Source: Octopus bimaculoides (Eukaryota). Taken from it: a stretch of DNA of 64,000 bases. The stretch is taken from NCBI RefSeq assembly GCF_001194135.2, contig NC_069000.1:47706463-47770462 (forward strand), given 5' to 3'. Of this stretch, positions 49,737 through 62,844 are shown piece after piece. Positions within the stretch are counted from its first letter, which is position 1, and every line of letters begins with the position of its first letter. Both the position numbers and the translations under genes were made by a program. The notes under the pieces were generated by a model, which had not been told where the DNA came from, did no database searches, and was given only the letters and a program-made list of their open reading frames with translations.

Positions 49737-49870
49737 TCCGTCCGTCCGTCCGTCCGTCCGTCCGTCCGTATGTATGTATGTATGTATGTATGTATGTATG
49801 TATGTATGTATGTATGTATGTATGTACGTATGTATGCATGTATGTATGCATGCATGCATATACACACGCA
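49737..49870. repeat. Compound (CCGT)n(ATGT)n microsatellite
   Basis: Direct inspection. Confidence 0.95.
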
Positions 49871-52068
49871 TATATGTATGTCCGTATGCATGTCTATTCT
49901 ATGGTAATTAGTCTATGATACAGCAGAGACTTCGTCATCGGTCATTTTCAAATGTGGTCAAAATTGGTTCTTTTCTCCAAGGTTACTTGACCCATTAAAT
50001 CAAATCTTATTTTTTATTTACTGATTTTAATAATCGGACTGGGATCGTTCTGGGGCACCAGCTTTAAGAGTCTGCTTGATTAACAGGACCTCAGTACTTT
50101 ACTGCTACATTATTTTATTAACTGCAGGAGGCAACACCTTAATAATTGTGTCAACATAAGAAATTAGAAGTCTTTTCATTTTAATTAGTCAAGTCATGAC
50201 ATATAATGTAATCAGTGGTTATTTTGAATGACAGAAGACAAGGCGTGTGTGTGTGCTGTGAAGGCAGTGGATCAATGATGCTTAGGCAGATGGACTCAGG
50301 ACTGTTCTTTTTTAATGACTGTATGAGGAAGGAAGTAGGGGATCTTTTCTCTATTGATTGTTTTTACAACTTTTAAATATATTTTCAACATTAATTTCAA
50401 ACATAGTTTTTGTATGACAAATAGAGTTTTAAGAATCTCGCCTGGGAATCACATTAAAAAGATGTAGCAATATAAAAGTCATGTTCCTTCAGAGTATGAT
50501 TGATATTAGCTTCAAGTTATATCCGTAAATACCAGCAGCACCACCACCATCACCACTGCTGTCACAGGCTTCCATCATCACCACTGCCACCACCACCAAA
50601 AATAATATTGCGAGAGGACATGAAGGTACTCTGAGTATCCAGCTGTTCCATGTGAACTGATGGAAGTTGGACTGACTGAGTTAAATAGAATGTCAGAGGG
50701 AAAAAAAAGCAAACAAACAAAAAATCACTCATCATATGTTCAGAAAGTTGTGAGTGAGTAGATAGAGTTAGGCCAGTGAGAGAGTGGAAACAACATCGAC
50801 AGTAATGGTAGGCTCTGTTGTATCTGTGACAGTTATATCAGATCCCACCTAGAAGCTTTTGTCTTTACTGTCCAGAAACAAGAGACAGCTGAAGGATATG
50901 AGATTAATCAATGTTTTAAAAATATCTTCCAATCCCAGTATTCTTGGTTTTTCCAACAGTGTACTTCATTCCAATCTGTACTCACTTCAAGATGTATAAT
51001 TCTGTGTTGAAGTACAAAGAGCTACAAAATATGTACACATAGACCAGCAGAATATCAACTGATTAATGGAGTAAAATATATTCTAAAGAAAACGTAAAAT
51101 ATATTATGATTTTGACATTGGTAAAGTAAGAATGACTGGGCGTGTGTAGTGGGAACGAGGGCTCCAAATGGGGGGAGAAATCAGTAGAAAATCAGTCATT
51201 GTTAGTTTTCCACTAAACTGAAGAAAGTAAAAGAAAATGTAGCAGTTGTGGTGGTGAGCAACAGTTGGAACACCCCTCACCGGCCATTATACATACACAC
51301 ACGCACACACACACACCTAGAGAATTGTTGCCCTTCCCTGCCAATATATATGTGTGTGTGTGTGTGTGTGTATTTTATATATGTATGCATGTATTTATAT
51401 ATATATGTTTTTATGTATGTATATGTGTTTATGTATTGTCAGATTGTCAGAGATAATGCCCAGCTATGCCAATGTGTGTGTGTGAATGTCTGTCTGTATG
51501 CCTATGTATCCTCAGAGAGATACTGCTCTGCCCCCCCCCCCCCAATAAGTAAAAGCAAATGAGTGATGCCAAAACAATGCAAATTACATATAAAAGATAT
51601 GAATAAAAAAACCGAAAGTAAACATAATTGAAATGATTTTGCCAAATTTGGTTTCTGTGATGGAGATTGAGGGTTTAATTAGATGTCAGGTCACTGTAAA
51701 GGATGAAGACTGAGTGAATAGAGAATAAAACTTGCAGATGTCTTACAGTTGGCCTTTGTGTGTTGGAAACCAGGTAGAACAAACCCCCACCCCACCCCAT
51801 CACCACCCAACCACCGATAATAACTATTATGATGATGATGATGATGATGTTGCAGAAAGAGCCAATTAAACAGCAAGAAACAAATAGTTGATCATTTTAC
51901 GTTATTTTTAGATGAAGAATGCTGCCAGTCTTTGAGAAACAATGTTAACATTTATAGAGTCAGCTCACTTTAGCACCTGGCTTTGCAATAGTGCTTGCGT
52001 TAATCGTTAATCGGGATTGTCGATTAACCCTCACTCACTGTAACTCATTGTTTGTTAGTAGGTTGTTG

Positions 52069-52101
<33 letters not shown>

Positions 52102-52113
52102 TAGTTTTGCTCT

Positions 52114-52152
<39 letters not shown>

Positions 52153-52294
52153 GCACACAGAAACAATACAAACAGCCTGCCACCACACCCACACCCACAC
52201 AGCGTTCCATATTCTAGAAATGCTTGCTTTAGTCTATCAAAGCCCTGACACCAATTCTTTCACAAGAAGTTCAACTTCGACTTCAGATTTTTAA

Positions 52295-52611
52295 ACAAGA
52301 CCATGCACAGAGAAAAGGTTGACAAATATGGAGACCTGAGAAATGAGATCGCTAAGATGTGGCAGCTATGATAGTCTCAAACATAAAGGTTATCCCTATT
52401 GTCATTGGAGGATTGGGTTCAATACCACCCAATCTGGAAAAGCATCTGAAAACCTTAGAAATACTCTACAATCTAGGTATATTGCAAAAGTCTTGGAACT
52501 GTACGCATATTGCATGAAGTAGTCTGTCTGTCTGTCTGTCTGTCTGAGATCCTTGTTGTGACTTGATAAACAGTACAAACCTCCTCATGGTATTGTATAC
52601 TGTGTGATGCC

Positions 52612-52612
<1 letters not shown>
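52295..52612 (+). mobile_element. R4/Dong-like LINE 3' end with (TAA)n tail (52613-52654)
   Basis: EKVDKYGDLRNEIAKMWQL..KVIPIVIGGLGSIPPNLEKHLKTLEI..LQKS. Confidence 0.8.
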
Positions 52613-52656
<44 letters not shown>

Positions 52657-53229
52657 CAGAACAAGAAGGAAAAATATTGTCTGCAAACAACTTGATATTC
52701 TATTTCTGTTGGTAATTAGAATATTGATCTTTGGTAGGAATTGATTGCAGAATAAACTTTTGTGAAGCTCAGCTTTCATACTTATATCGGTAAAGTAACA
52801 TTCTAGCACAGAGATTTCTCACAAATCTAACCTAGTTTATGATTTTGATATCATAGTAATTATATATTCATATATGCATGTGTGTGCGTCTATGTTTGTA
52901 AATGTGAGTGTGTATATGCATTAATGTATATATTAAAGTATTGTACGATAAGTGTGTATAGACAAACAAAAGAAAAAAGAAAAGAAGAACCCAATGTTTG
53001 TTGAGCAACCATTGTTTGCTCTTGTCTGTTATTGCTTTGTTCCATTTGTAATCTCTGGTATATATTGGTTCCCAAAATGAGTGTTTACCAAGAATAACTA
53101 ACAAGGAATCAATAGAAGTGAGCCACAATAAAGGAAATAAGGGTTTCTTTCTGAATTCTGATAGTCTGAAAGAGAAGAGACTAAGGAATTTTGACAAGAG
53201 CATTAGTATTTTGAATTAAAAAAAAACTC

Positions 53230-53590
53230 CAATCAAGAAATGAATAGGAATCCATGCTTGATAGAACTTACACCTGAATGTGAAGAGCAGTCTTAAACAG
53301 ATCTTAAAAATCTCAACCCACCAAGAAACAGCTGTATGGAGATCTGTCTGTTTCCACTTGCACATTGCAAGAAATTGCTGGTGAGCTGAACAAGAGCTGA
53401 CAAGTGACCTACTCTTATGGATGCCAAAGCATAGCTGTACTCAAGCAGGTCATCTGAACACAATGTATTTAGATTAACTCACCAGACACACTGGATGCCT
53501 CTCTGAAGAACTTACTCAACTAATGCAGGACCAAGACGGATGGATGATGGTGTGTATGGGTTAAAAATGTCCAGGCAAGCTTGACCATGT
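53230..53590 (+). mobile_element. RTE-type LINE 3' end remnant
   Basis: Degenerate LNRS...PTKKQLYGDL, VTYSYG/LLW.P, TGCLSEEL..MQDQDGW motifs. Confidence 0.6.
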
Positions 53591-53706
53591 AATGATGAAT
53601 CAAGAAATAGAGAGTAGAGCACTCTACCACTCAACAAGTTATGTCTATATAAGGTTACAGATTCTCTTCACATGATGACAATATAATTGAAAAATAGTTA
53701 ATGTAC

Positions 53707-55060
53707 TGTTGTATAGTGAAACTGTATACCCCTCCTGGTAAAAAGTGGTAGCAGCCAGCCATTATAAATAGACCAATATCTGGTCATCAAGAGAGAGTCC
53801 AAAGTCAAAGAGTTGAGAGTCAACAGTTCTAGTTGGTGTCTTGTGGAGCTATCAGCGACAGTAAGACAGGAGAAGTTAGTGTATTACTATTCTGGTACAA
53901 AGAGATACAACAGCATCTGATGACTAGTAACTATTGTGGCTAAACAACAAAAACAGCAACTACAGTACAATGGCAGTCACACAACACCACACCAGTGGGA
54001 GGAACGCACTTGACAACAGTGGTAATGAGCTAAAACACATTTATGCAGAGTGAAAAAAGGAAAACAGTCACACAGCAGAGTGTTTAAACTAATTCATATG
54101 GAAAATTTAAAAAGCTCAACAAAAAAGAAACAAAAATCTTGTGCAAACTTATGAAAATCATAAAATATGGAAGACTTATTAGCTGGGGGGGGGGGGAGTA
54201 GTTGAGTTGCAAAAACAGCAACAGCAGCAACTCAAGGAACAACAAAGATTGCAGCAGCAATGTTATAACTAATGAAGTTGATAACCAAACTGGAGAATAC
54301 ATTTTCACTTGACCATGTAGCAAATTCAAATATGACCCCAAAGAAGGAGTAGCCTTCAAGGCTTACTTTTGAAGATTTGAACTAATTTTTGAAAAAGAAT
54401 GTCAGGATTAGATGAACAAAATGAAAATGCATCTAGAAAACGCATTTAAGGAAACTAGCGACAGCAGAGCATGAGAACTATAGTAACTTCATATTGCCAA
54501 AAAAAGTGTCTGACATAAATTTCACTGACACAGTTGACATTTTGTGCAAAATGTTTAGTGAAAAGAGCTCACTGTTTTAATATGAGATGGAAATGTTTAA
54601 ACATAGAAAAGAGTGAAGATGAAGATTTCACTACTTACACAGGTAGAGTCAACAAAAAATGTGAGGGGTTTAGGCTGGATATACTTACTCCAGATTCTTT
54701 CAAGTGTTTGATTTTTGCACAAGGATTGACAGATAAAAGTGATGCAGAAATCTGAATGAAAATTCTAGCAAAACTGGAAATGAACCAGGATTTGACATTG
54801 CAGAAACTGTAGAAAGACTGTGACATGATATTAAAACTAAGGTATGACATGGAAGAAATTCAACGGAAACAGTGTTTTCACATAAGACCAGTGCAAAAAA
54901 AAGCCAGAAGACAAATAAAGTGTTGCAAGAAAAACAGAAAAAATATTGGGACGTAGAACCATGTGTGGCATGTAGTGGGGTGTGGCTGAAAAAGATTGTC
55001 CATATAAAAATGCAAAACAATGGGTTAACTAGGTTAAGCTTTATTTGTGAAATATAGTAG
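53707..55060 (+). mobile_element. Ty3/Gypsy remnant: putative LTR (53707-53969), PBS-like tggcagtc, degenerate gag
   Basis: TG..CA bounded segment with tataaata; gag pieces FKYDPKEGVAFKAYF*RFE, LRKLATAEHENYSNFILPKK..INFTDTVDIL, RWKCLNIEKSEDEDFTTYTGRVNKKCEGF..DSFKCLIFAQGL. Confidence 0.75.
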
Positions 55061-57224
55061 TTTTGAATTTGCAGTAGCAAGGGTTTTATGTTTATAGTGG
55101 GGGTGCTAGGCATGTGGTCTGGGAACCAAAGTGGCAGCAGTCTAAAAAAGTTTGGGGACCATTAATCTATATTATGTGTACTTGACCACCCGAAACAGAA
55201 AACTGTGCCACTGTACAGTTCATTTAGCTCTCTTAAAATAGCAGCCAAATCCTAAAAAGGGTTAAGGCATATTAGATTATGCAATTCTAGAGATCCTTAA
55301 GTGATAGGTTGGTCACGATTGGACCATCTTTGATTATAGATCTGCTTGATGAGGAATGACTTGTAGCTAAACAGCAGCAACAATAACATTAGAAACTTAC
55401 CATCTTTTGCCAATGATTTAAACAGATACAAGTGTATTAAAGCAGTTTTGAAATCTTCCAATAAATCTGCTGGAATTAAAGCTGTTCCATACCATGACCA
55501 CCACCCCCTACTGTGGCTACAACTATTGCAACAATGGCACTGAACCAACCATGCTGATTTCATGATTAAAACTCTTTTTCCTTGCTGTTTTCTTCTGATG
55601 TTCATCAAGAAATCAATGAATTTAAAACCAGAAGATCAATGAAAGAACTTCTGTAGAATTCTTAGCTGGAATTAAAGAAACTTGTAGATTAATATTATCA
55701 TGTCAGTGCTATTTTCACAAGATTCTACAGACATAACAGAGGCAGAACATGGAAGATTCTACAGATACATAACTGGAACATGGTTCTGGCCAGTTTATAG
55801 TTGCTGTTGTTTTATTACAGGCTTGGAAATAGAGAAAAAGAGCCTACACTTTACTTGTCTTGGGGCACAATCAATTTAGAAACGTTTCTGGTATTTATCT
55901 ATTGTGTCTAAACAAGATATTTGTTTAGTCTATACACTGGATATTATAACACTATAGTCTAATTTTAGACATTATAACAGTTATAATATCTGTGTTATAA
56001 TGTGTTACTACTACTACTACTACTGTGCTACTACATTTATATATTTGATATGGCACCAAATGAATAAATCAATAAGACTACAAAGAAGTTAAGTTTATGA
56101 AAGATAAATATTAGCACTATAGTTTATTCCCAATGTCTAATTGATGTCTTAAAGCCTTCAGCAATCTCGCTTAGGTAAGTTACAGGTAATGAATGGAATA
56201 TTTCTAGATTTTCTACAATTCTCATATTTCTTCTGCTATTATATGACTCAGAGTCTGTTTTATGAAAAAAGAAATCATGTAGAATCAGAAGGGAAGAAAA
56301 GCAGTTTTTTTTAGTTACGTGTCAGAAACATTAAGCGCTTCAATGACGTTTGGTTTGGAGAGAATATTTAGACAGAAATTAACTAAACTTTGCAATGATC
56401 TTGTTGTATGCACACAATATATTGCCCAACATAGAACAAGTTTGGTCCCTCCTCAACCCCTGATGATTTCTAATGGTGATGCCACAGGCAGGGAATTAAT
56501 TGCTCAACCCTTTCTTCTTTGGGCGTCAAAACAACATTTCAGCACCCATCACTCGCTTCTGTAGTGTTTATACACAAGTTTCATTTTACAACAACCGCAA
56601 TCTACATTGGATGTTATAATACTTGTATATTAGATGTTATAACACTATACATATGTATATCAGAGAGAGAGAGAGGGGGGGGCAACTCATTTTTTTTATA
56701 TATTAAAAATAATATAACAAACTATAGAGAAGTGAGCAAGCAGAAAAATAAAGTAGGTGGTTACCAGAGAGAAAATCCTTTATTTCCATAACAATAGAAA
56801 AAAGTATTTGGAAATCTGCTATATAAATGTAGGCTATATATGTAACTGTTATGATAGAGTACATTTTGGCTACATGTTAACTACATGTTGACTCCATTAA
56901 GTTTCCTTTTCTCCAGAATCTGTCCTGCTGTCAAAGTTTAGAAATCCTTATTTCTCATTTGAAATGTGTCAGTATGGCAGAAATAACAGAGCAATGGTCT
57001 ATACGTCTTATAGTACTTCGTTTTGGTTCTCTGTCTTGAATTTAATCCCATTTCATAGGGGCTGAAACTGTCTTTCCTCATTTGTGGTTGGGTGGTGGTC
57101 AGTACAGTGAGTAAGGACATAGTCTGCTGTGAATTCAACCCATTCAACCCTTACTTATACTCCTACGTTCCTAAACTTCTCTGCAACAGCTTTCAGGTTG
57201 CATGTGAATTTCAATATGCCATGT

Positions 57225-57264
<40 letters not shown>

Positions 57265-58164
57265 CATCATCATAATCATCATAATAATAATTAATCTTTT
57301 CTTCTATAGGCACAAAGCCTGAAATTTTAGCGGGGTTAGGTGATTACATTGACCCCAGTGTTCAAGTGATACTTGTTTTATTGACTGCAAAATGATAAAA
57401 GGCGAAGTCGACTTAGGCAGAATTATTATTATAACAACAACAACACTGCCACCGCCATCACCACTACCACCAAGAACAACAACAACAACAATGTTATAAA
57501 CATTTCTTTTCTCTCCACATTATACATGTTGAGGATATTTCAAGATTTAGAATTATCTATCAAGCATCAAAAATATTATCTTAATTAATTCTGACAATTA
57601 CTACTAATTAATGGAAATAAGCCAATCCTTAACCAAACAAAATATTTCAATGATTTTATTTTCATTGCTGGAACTTGTAATTAATTAAATATAGGACAAA
57701 AATCTGCATAAATACTTTCTTCTTAGACTTCTTGAGATGTACCAACAGGTTTTAACACAGCATCACTCAAGGCAATCAAATGATGGGTTTTAGTTGTTAA
57801 TTGTTGGCTCAAAGTCAATGACACAGCTTCATTCAATTTTCTTCTGAGTATGTGTTTCTTATTGGTAGATTGGAAACTAGTTTTAATGCTAAGGAGTATG
57901 GTTAACTAGATCAACCCTGTGATGTTATTTGTTTCTATGCAATCAACTTTGAAAGAATGAACTTTTACTTTTATAAGTAAAATCTGAAATAAGAAATGCA
58001 AGTGAACCAAAGTAAATATTAGTCACATTTAACCCAAAGTTTCATAATCTCACCTCCAGGTTTAATTTTATATCTTATTAGAGAACTGTTAACTCCTTTA
58101 AAACAATATAGATAGCTATTCAAGCTTCCTAGTGGACTCTGCTTATTAGTGGGACATCACCGAG

Positions 58165-58262
58165 ACAAGTAGAAAAGTTTAAGTGTCTTGGGACTGTATT
58201 GAAGAGTAACGGGAAGCAGGAAACTGAATTATATTCTGAAATTGCAGGTGCTGGTACAGTAG
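58165..58262 (+). mobile_element. Short RTE RT fragment
   Basis: QVEKFKCLGTVLKSNGKQETELYSEIAGAG. Confidence 0.55.
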
Positions 58263-58479
58263 GTACTATGGGGAGGTACAACCTACTATAGTAAGTAGTT
58301 GCAACACTAATTAAATAAAGATTGTTTCAATAAGTAAAACACTGAGTTCAAACCCCACCACAGCTTTAAATGTGTGTGTGTGATGGTGATATTACATTAA
58401 TGTTGCCCTTTAAAAAAAAATGAACTTCTCAATACCCTTATCCTGCTTTCTTCTGCTGTTAGAATTGTTAACCAACTGC

Positions 58480-58850
58480 AGAGAGATTCTTCAAGTCAAG
58501 TGATGGGTATTATTTTACTTGTTGAACTTTATTAATCTTTCACAGATTCAGAACACAACAGAAGCATTATGGCTTAATTCTTTGGACGTATCTCAGCATC
58601 GTCACCCTGATATCAAACACTTTTCTGTCTCAGCCACTTCCATAATACTTCTTTTCCTAAATTCTCTTCCATCTCTTCACTGATCTTAGCAGTTTCTCTC
58701 CTGATTAACTATTTTCTTGATGAGTCATTGTACAAAATATTTACCATCAAGTGTTGTCTATATTCAATTTCTTTGGTCCTCAGAGAATTATATGTGCCAT
58801 TCTTGTCATTTGTTTATAAAGTCAAGACCAACTTAACTCTGTCTAACCTT
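58480..58850 (-). mobile_element. Degenerate R4/Dong-like fragment (post-RT region)
   Basis: LDGKYF...VLWKWLRQK / AETEKCLI resemble LHG.Y..W.WL...L..ETE. Confidence 0.4.
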
Positions 58851-59699
58851 TACTTTCAAATCATGTATTAAACTTACATTACATAAAGACATTTTTTAAA
58901 TACACACTTCTGGAGAAATGACAAACATTTGACAGGTAATCAACCCTTTACAGGTAATCAATGAAAATCTATAATATCAGGCTACAGGTACACAATAACA
59001 GACACAAACTCGTCCTTCCATCAACCCCAACACTTCCTCCATCTTCCTCTCTGATGTTGCTCAACAGTTTGCTTGGTTTTCTTATGTTTCTTTTACCAGG
59101 GTTTTTATCATATGATGATGATGATATTCAATAGGGGTGTGTGGGAGATTATATTCATTAATGAAGTTACTTCATTTTCCATCTTTTACACACAACTGCT
59201 TAGTTGGCTGTCTTTCCTAACCCGATCTCTCAATATTCTCACCTTAGAAGGTAAAAACAATTTTCTAGCCATCATTTACATCCAATGAGTACATTTTAAG
59301 ACTGGAACCCCAACAGAGTGCAGATGCAATTACTATGGCACTTACAACAAATTTTCTAATTTTTCCAAATCATGTCTGACATTTATTTCTTTCATCTTGC
59401 ACTTTCCATTAAATACAATATATTTTTAACAAAATCATCCTTCCATATACAATTATGGTGCTTCAGCTGCTGCTGCTGATGATGATGATGATCATCAGCA
59501 TCAATATTATTGACTTTTTTCATGGATTTATTTTATTGTACCTGTGGTTACTTTGGTGTTATTTTTGTTGTTATATAGACGTACAATGAAAGTTGTGCTA
59601 TAATATTGAGAGGGGATTGTGTAAAATCTCAGTTATATGTTGTGTGCATTAAGCTGTACCACTGAACTGTGGGATGTGTTCTGTGTCTACCAGAGGTAT

Positions 59700-59830
59700 A
59701 TTTTGGACTCTGTGCTCTGGTTTACTTTGTAGTCATCTTTATTTCAATTTCAAAATCCTTCACCTTGACAGCTTTTCAGCTTCTTTCCAGGCAGTGGTTT
59801 TGTCAGAAGGGATTGAGATGCTTATCAGAA
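59700..59830 (-). mobile_element. Short RLE-domain LINE fragment (R4/Dong-like)
   Basis: ISISIPSDKTTAWKEAEKLS, then frameshifted KDFEIEI. Confidence 0.5.
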
Positions 59831-59856
59831 CAATGATCCTTGATAGTTATACTCTA

Positions 59857-59887
<31 letters not shown>

Positions 59888-59934
59888 CATTTTTATTCAT
59901 ATTCTTTTTTTCTTTCCTTTCTTCTTCAAATTAT

Positions 59935-60372
59935 CAATATTAAGTTTCAACCCTTCCTACAGCTCAGAGACGTTACACTTTCCTCAACACATGTGCTGTT
60001 TCCAAATATTGCTGCTAACTGTGTATTTCCTATGAAGTTTGATATTTGCAGCTTTTCATGCCAGAATAATGCTTTCTTTGAGACGGTCCCAAATGCACCA
60101 GTCACGATAGGATCACACTCACTTTCCAGGCTCTGTGGATGTATTCCACTTCCAATGATGGGTCTCAGTACTCTTCTGGACTTTCTCAATGTCTGTCTTC
60201 CCACTATTCTGGTCTGCAGGTATGGCTATGTTGATGAAGATCCATTCTTTGGATTCCTTCTGTAAGACAGTGATATCTAGTTGGTTATGTTGCAGCTTTT
60301 TATCTGTGTAGATTGGCACATCCTATGTGAGATTCACCCAATCATTCTCTGTTACTGGCAAACGTATTTTGT
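59935..60372 (-). mobile_element. R4/Dong-like LINE 3' fragment flanked by (TAA)n on both sides
   Basis: PIYTDKKLQHNQLDITVLQKESKEWIFINIAIPADQN..EKV; PIVTGAFGTVSKK..LQ..AIFG. Confidence 0.78.
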
Positions 60373-60374
60373 AC

Positions 60375-60402
<28 letters not shown>

Positions 60403-60406
<4 letters not shown>

Positions 60407-60755
60407 TCTGCCTCAGCAAAGGCAGAGGTATTGTTTTCAGTCGTGTTTTCAGACAAGATATCTCAAGAACTGCTGGAGGGATTCGGATAAAATTTTCAGG
60501 GATGTTTGGCCTTGTGACTGGCATGAAGTGATTAGATTTTGGGATCAATCTGGTACCGGACAAGGATTCTGGATTATTTTTCCTGTTTGTTTGCTTAATT
60601 TTTGAGAGTGGTCGGGTTCATTTTTAGTATTCTCGTTTGTGAGAGCAATCGAGTTTATTTCAGATATTCTCATTTTAAAAATCATCCCTGGTTAATCATT
60701 GAGAGGATGTTGGTGTTGCCTTGGTAGAGGTTTGCACTCTCTGAGTGCTCTTGTT
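60403..60755 (+). mobile_element. Non-autonomous Helentron-type element (HINE/DINE-1-like)
   Basis: 5' hairpin cctctgcc(60405-12)/ggcagagg(60421-28); 3' subterminal repeat ggtagagg(60723-30); terminal hairpin gcactc-tct-gagtgc(60734-48) followed by tcttgtt; inserted in (TTA)n. Confidence 0.72.
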
Positions 60756-60756
60756 A

Positions 60757-60799
<43 letters not shown>

Positions 60800-60854
60800 T
60801 ATTATCATTATTATTACTATTATTATCATTATTATTACTATTATTATTTCATAT

Positions 60855-61199
60855 AACCCAACAGATTAAACTGTTGGAAAGAAAGATTCCTAAAATCAGG
60901 TTACAACAAGTAACCTTAGATGCTAAGAATCTTAAATGTTCCTAATAACACTGTTTTCTGGAGTTGCACTAAACTAGGTTTTATGCCTATTTCCTCTATC
61001 CATCTGTTCAAATCCTTAAGGATAATTCCTAATGCACTTATAATCACAGGAATACATTTTTTCATCTGGACTTTCTATAAATAATTTAACTCAATGGCTA
61101 GGTCCTGGTACTTTGCTATTTTCTCTATACCTCTCATATTGATTTTCTCATCATTTGGAACTCTAAAGTCAATTATCTGATACTTTCTATTCTCTTTGT

Positions 61200-61200
<1 letters not shown>
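60855..61200 (-). mobile_element. R4/Dong-like LINE 3' end, same subfamily as 24375-24825
   Basis: DKENRKYQIIDFRVPNDEKINMRGIEKIAKYQDLAIEL; shared 3' UTR taaggttacttg..taacc...ttaggaat..ct.tttccaacagtttaatct; (TAA)n tail. Confidence 0.8.
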
Positions 61201-61247
<47 letters not shown>

Positions 61248-62559
61248 TTATCAGTACTACCATGTCACCAAAGATTTAATCTTTGGACTTGCTTGCATCA
61301 TCTCCACTGTAGAGTACGATGAAGAGGGGTGGGGATGATTGATAGCAAATAAGAATGATGGATGGAACAGATGTCAAATGGGAGAGTGGGGGAGAGAGAG
61401 TGGTGACTGGCAATAGAGAAATGGTTTGTAGCAACAAGTCCTAATTTCATTATTTATAGCTTCAGAATAATACAGTAGATAGGAGAGTGATGGAGGGATT
61501 AACTGACAGGTAGATGAAGGTTGGGGTTAAAGGTTGCAAAAGATTTTGAAGAGGAGTGAGTGATGGATAAAATAGATGTGGTGGGCATGGTAATTATACT
61601 TGTTTATTCTTTTCAGACATTCCTTTAAATGCTGTTGTGGCTTGAATAGAAACACACACACACACACACACACACANNNNNNNNNNNNNNNNNNNNNNNN
61701 NNNNNNNNNNNNNNNNNNNNNNNNNNNNNNNNNNNNNNNNNNNNNNNNNNNNNNNNNNNNNNNNNNNNNNNNNNNNNNNNNNNNNNNNNNNNNNNNNNNN
61801 NNNNNNNNNNNNNNNNNNNNNNNNNNNNNNNNNNNNNNNNNNNNNNNNNNNNNNNNNNNNNNNNNNNNNNNNNNNNNNNNNNNNNNNNNNNNNNNNNNNN
61901 NNNNNNNNNNNNNNNNNNNNNNNNNNNNNNNNNNNNNNNNNNNNNNNNNNNNNNNNNNNNNNNNNNNNNNNNNNNNNNNNNNNNNNNNNNNNNNNNNNNN
62001 NNNNNNNNNNNNNNNNNNNNNNNNNNNNNNNNNNNNNNNNNNNNNNNNNNNNNNNNNNNNNNNNNNNNNNNNNNNNNNNNNNNNNNNNNNNNNNNNNNNN
62101 NNNNNNNNNNNNNNNNNNNNNNNNNNNNNNNNNNNNNNNNNNNNNNNNNNNNNNNNNNNNNNNNNNNNNNNNNNNNNNNNNNNNNNNNNNNNNNNNNNNN
62201 NNNNNNNNNNNNNNNNNNNNNNNNNNNNNNNNNNNNNNNNNNNNNNNNNNNNNNNNNNNNNNNNNNNNNNNNNNNNNNNNNNNNNNNNNNNNNNNNNNNN
62301 NNNNNNNNNNNNNNNNNNNNNNNNNNNNNNNNNNNNNNNNNNNNNNNNNNNNNNNNNNNNNNNNCTATAAGGTCTATATTAACAGATTAATTAGCAAATT
62401 TGATGGCTTTATCAAGTAGGAGTCGAAATCATATTATGTTTAAATGTGATAGTCACACTCTTGATAAATTTAGGAAACAACCTATTTCTACCTTTAGTCA
62501 ATGAGACCTTAAAATCACATTGGCTACTAATCTTACTTATTAAAACTGAAAATGTCTGT

Positions 62560-62735
62560 GTGTGTGTGTGTGTGTGCGTGTATCGGTATGTCCTCATTTT
62601 GCGCCAAAACGGCTCAACTGATTTTTCTTAAACTTCACACGCACATTGCTTATGTGTCTGGGGAGGTTTTAAGTATAAATTGATTTCAAAAAAATGTTGA
62701 GGTAAAAATATATGACACCCTAGGCATAACACCAA
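62560..62735 (+). mobile_element. Partial HINE/DINE-like element core
   Basis: (gt)n then atgtcctcattttgcgccaaaacggctcaactgatttttcttaaacttcac, typical of Helentron-derived cores. Confidence 0.4.
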
Positions 62736-62844
62736 CTTGAACATCTGACTTGTCTCTTGAGGTCTCTGAGTGAAACTTGGAGCCAAATTGTACAAATACA
62801 AAGCAAAAGTCAAACATAAATAATAATAGTAATAATAATAATAA

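Noticed and set aside
52868-53203. 111-aa minus-strand ORF as the missing TM/SMP exon
   Set aside because: No good donor in phase 0, it runs into microsatellite-derived sequence, and similarity to the family N-terminus is unconvincing.
56315-56564. Plus-strand 81-aa ORF behind a poly-T acceptor
   Set aside because: No recognisable domain and no linked upstream exons.
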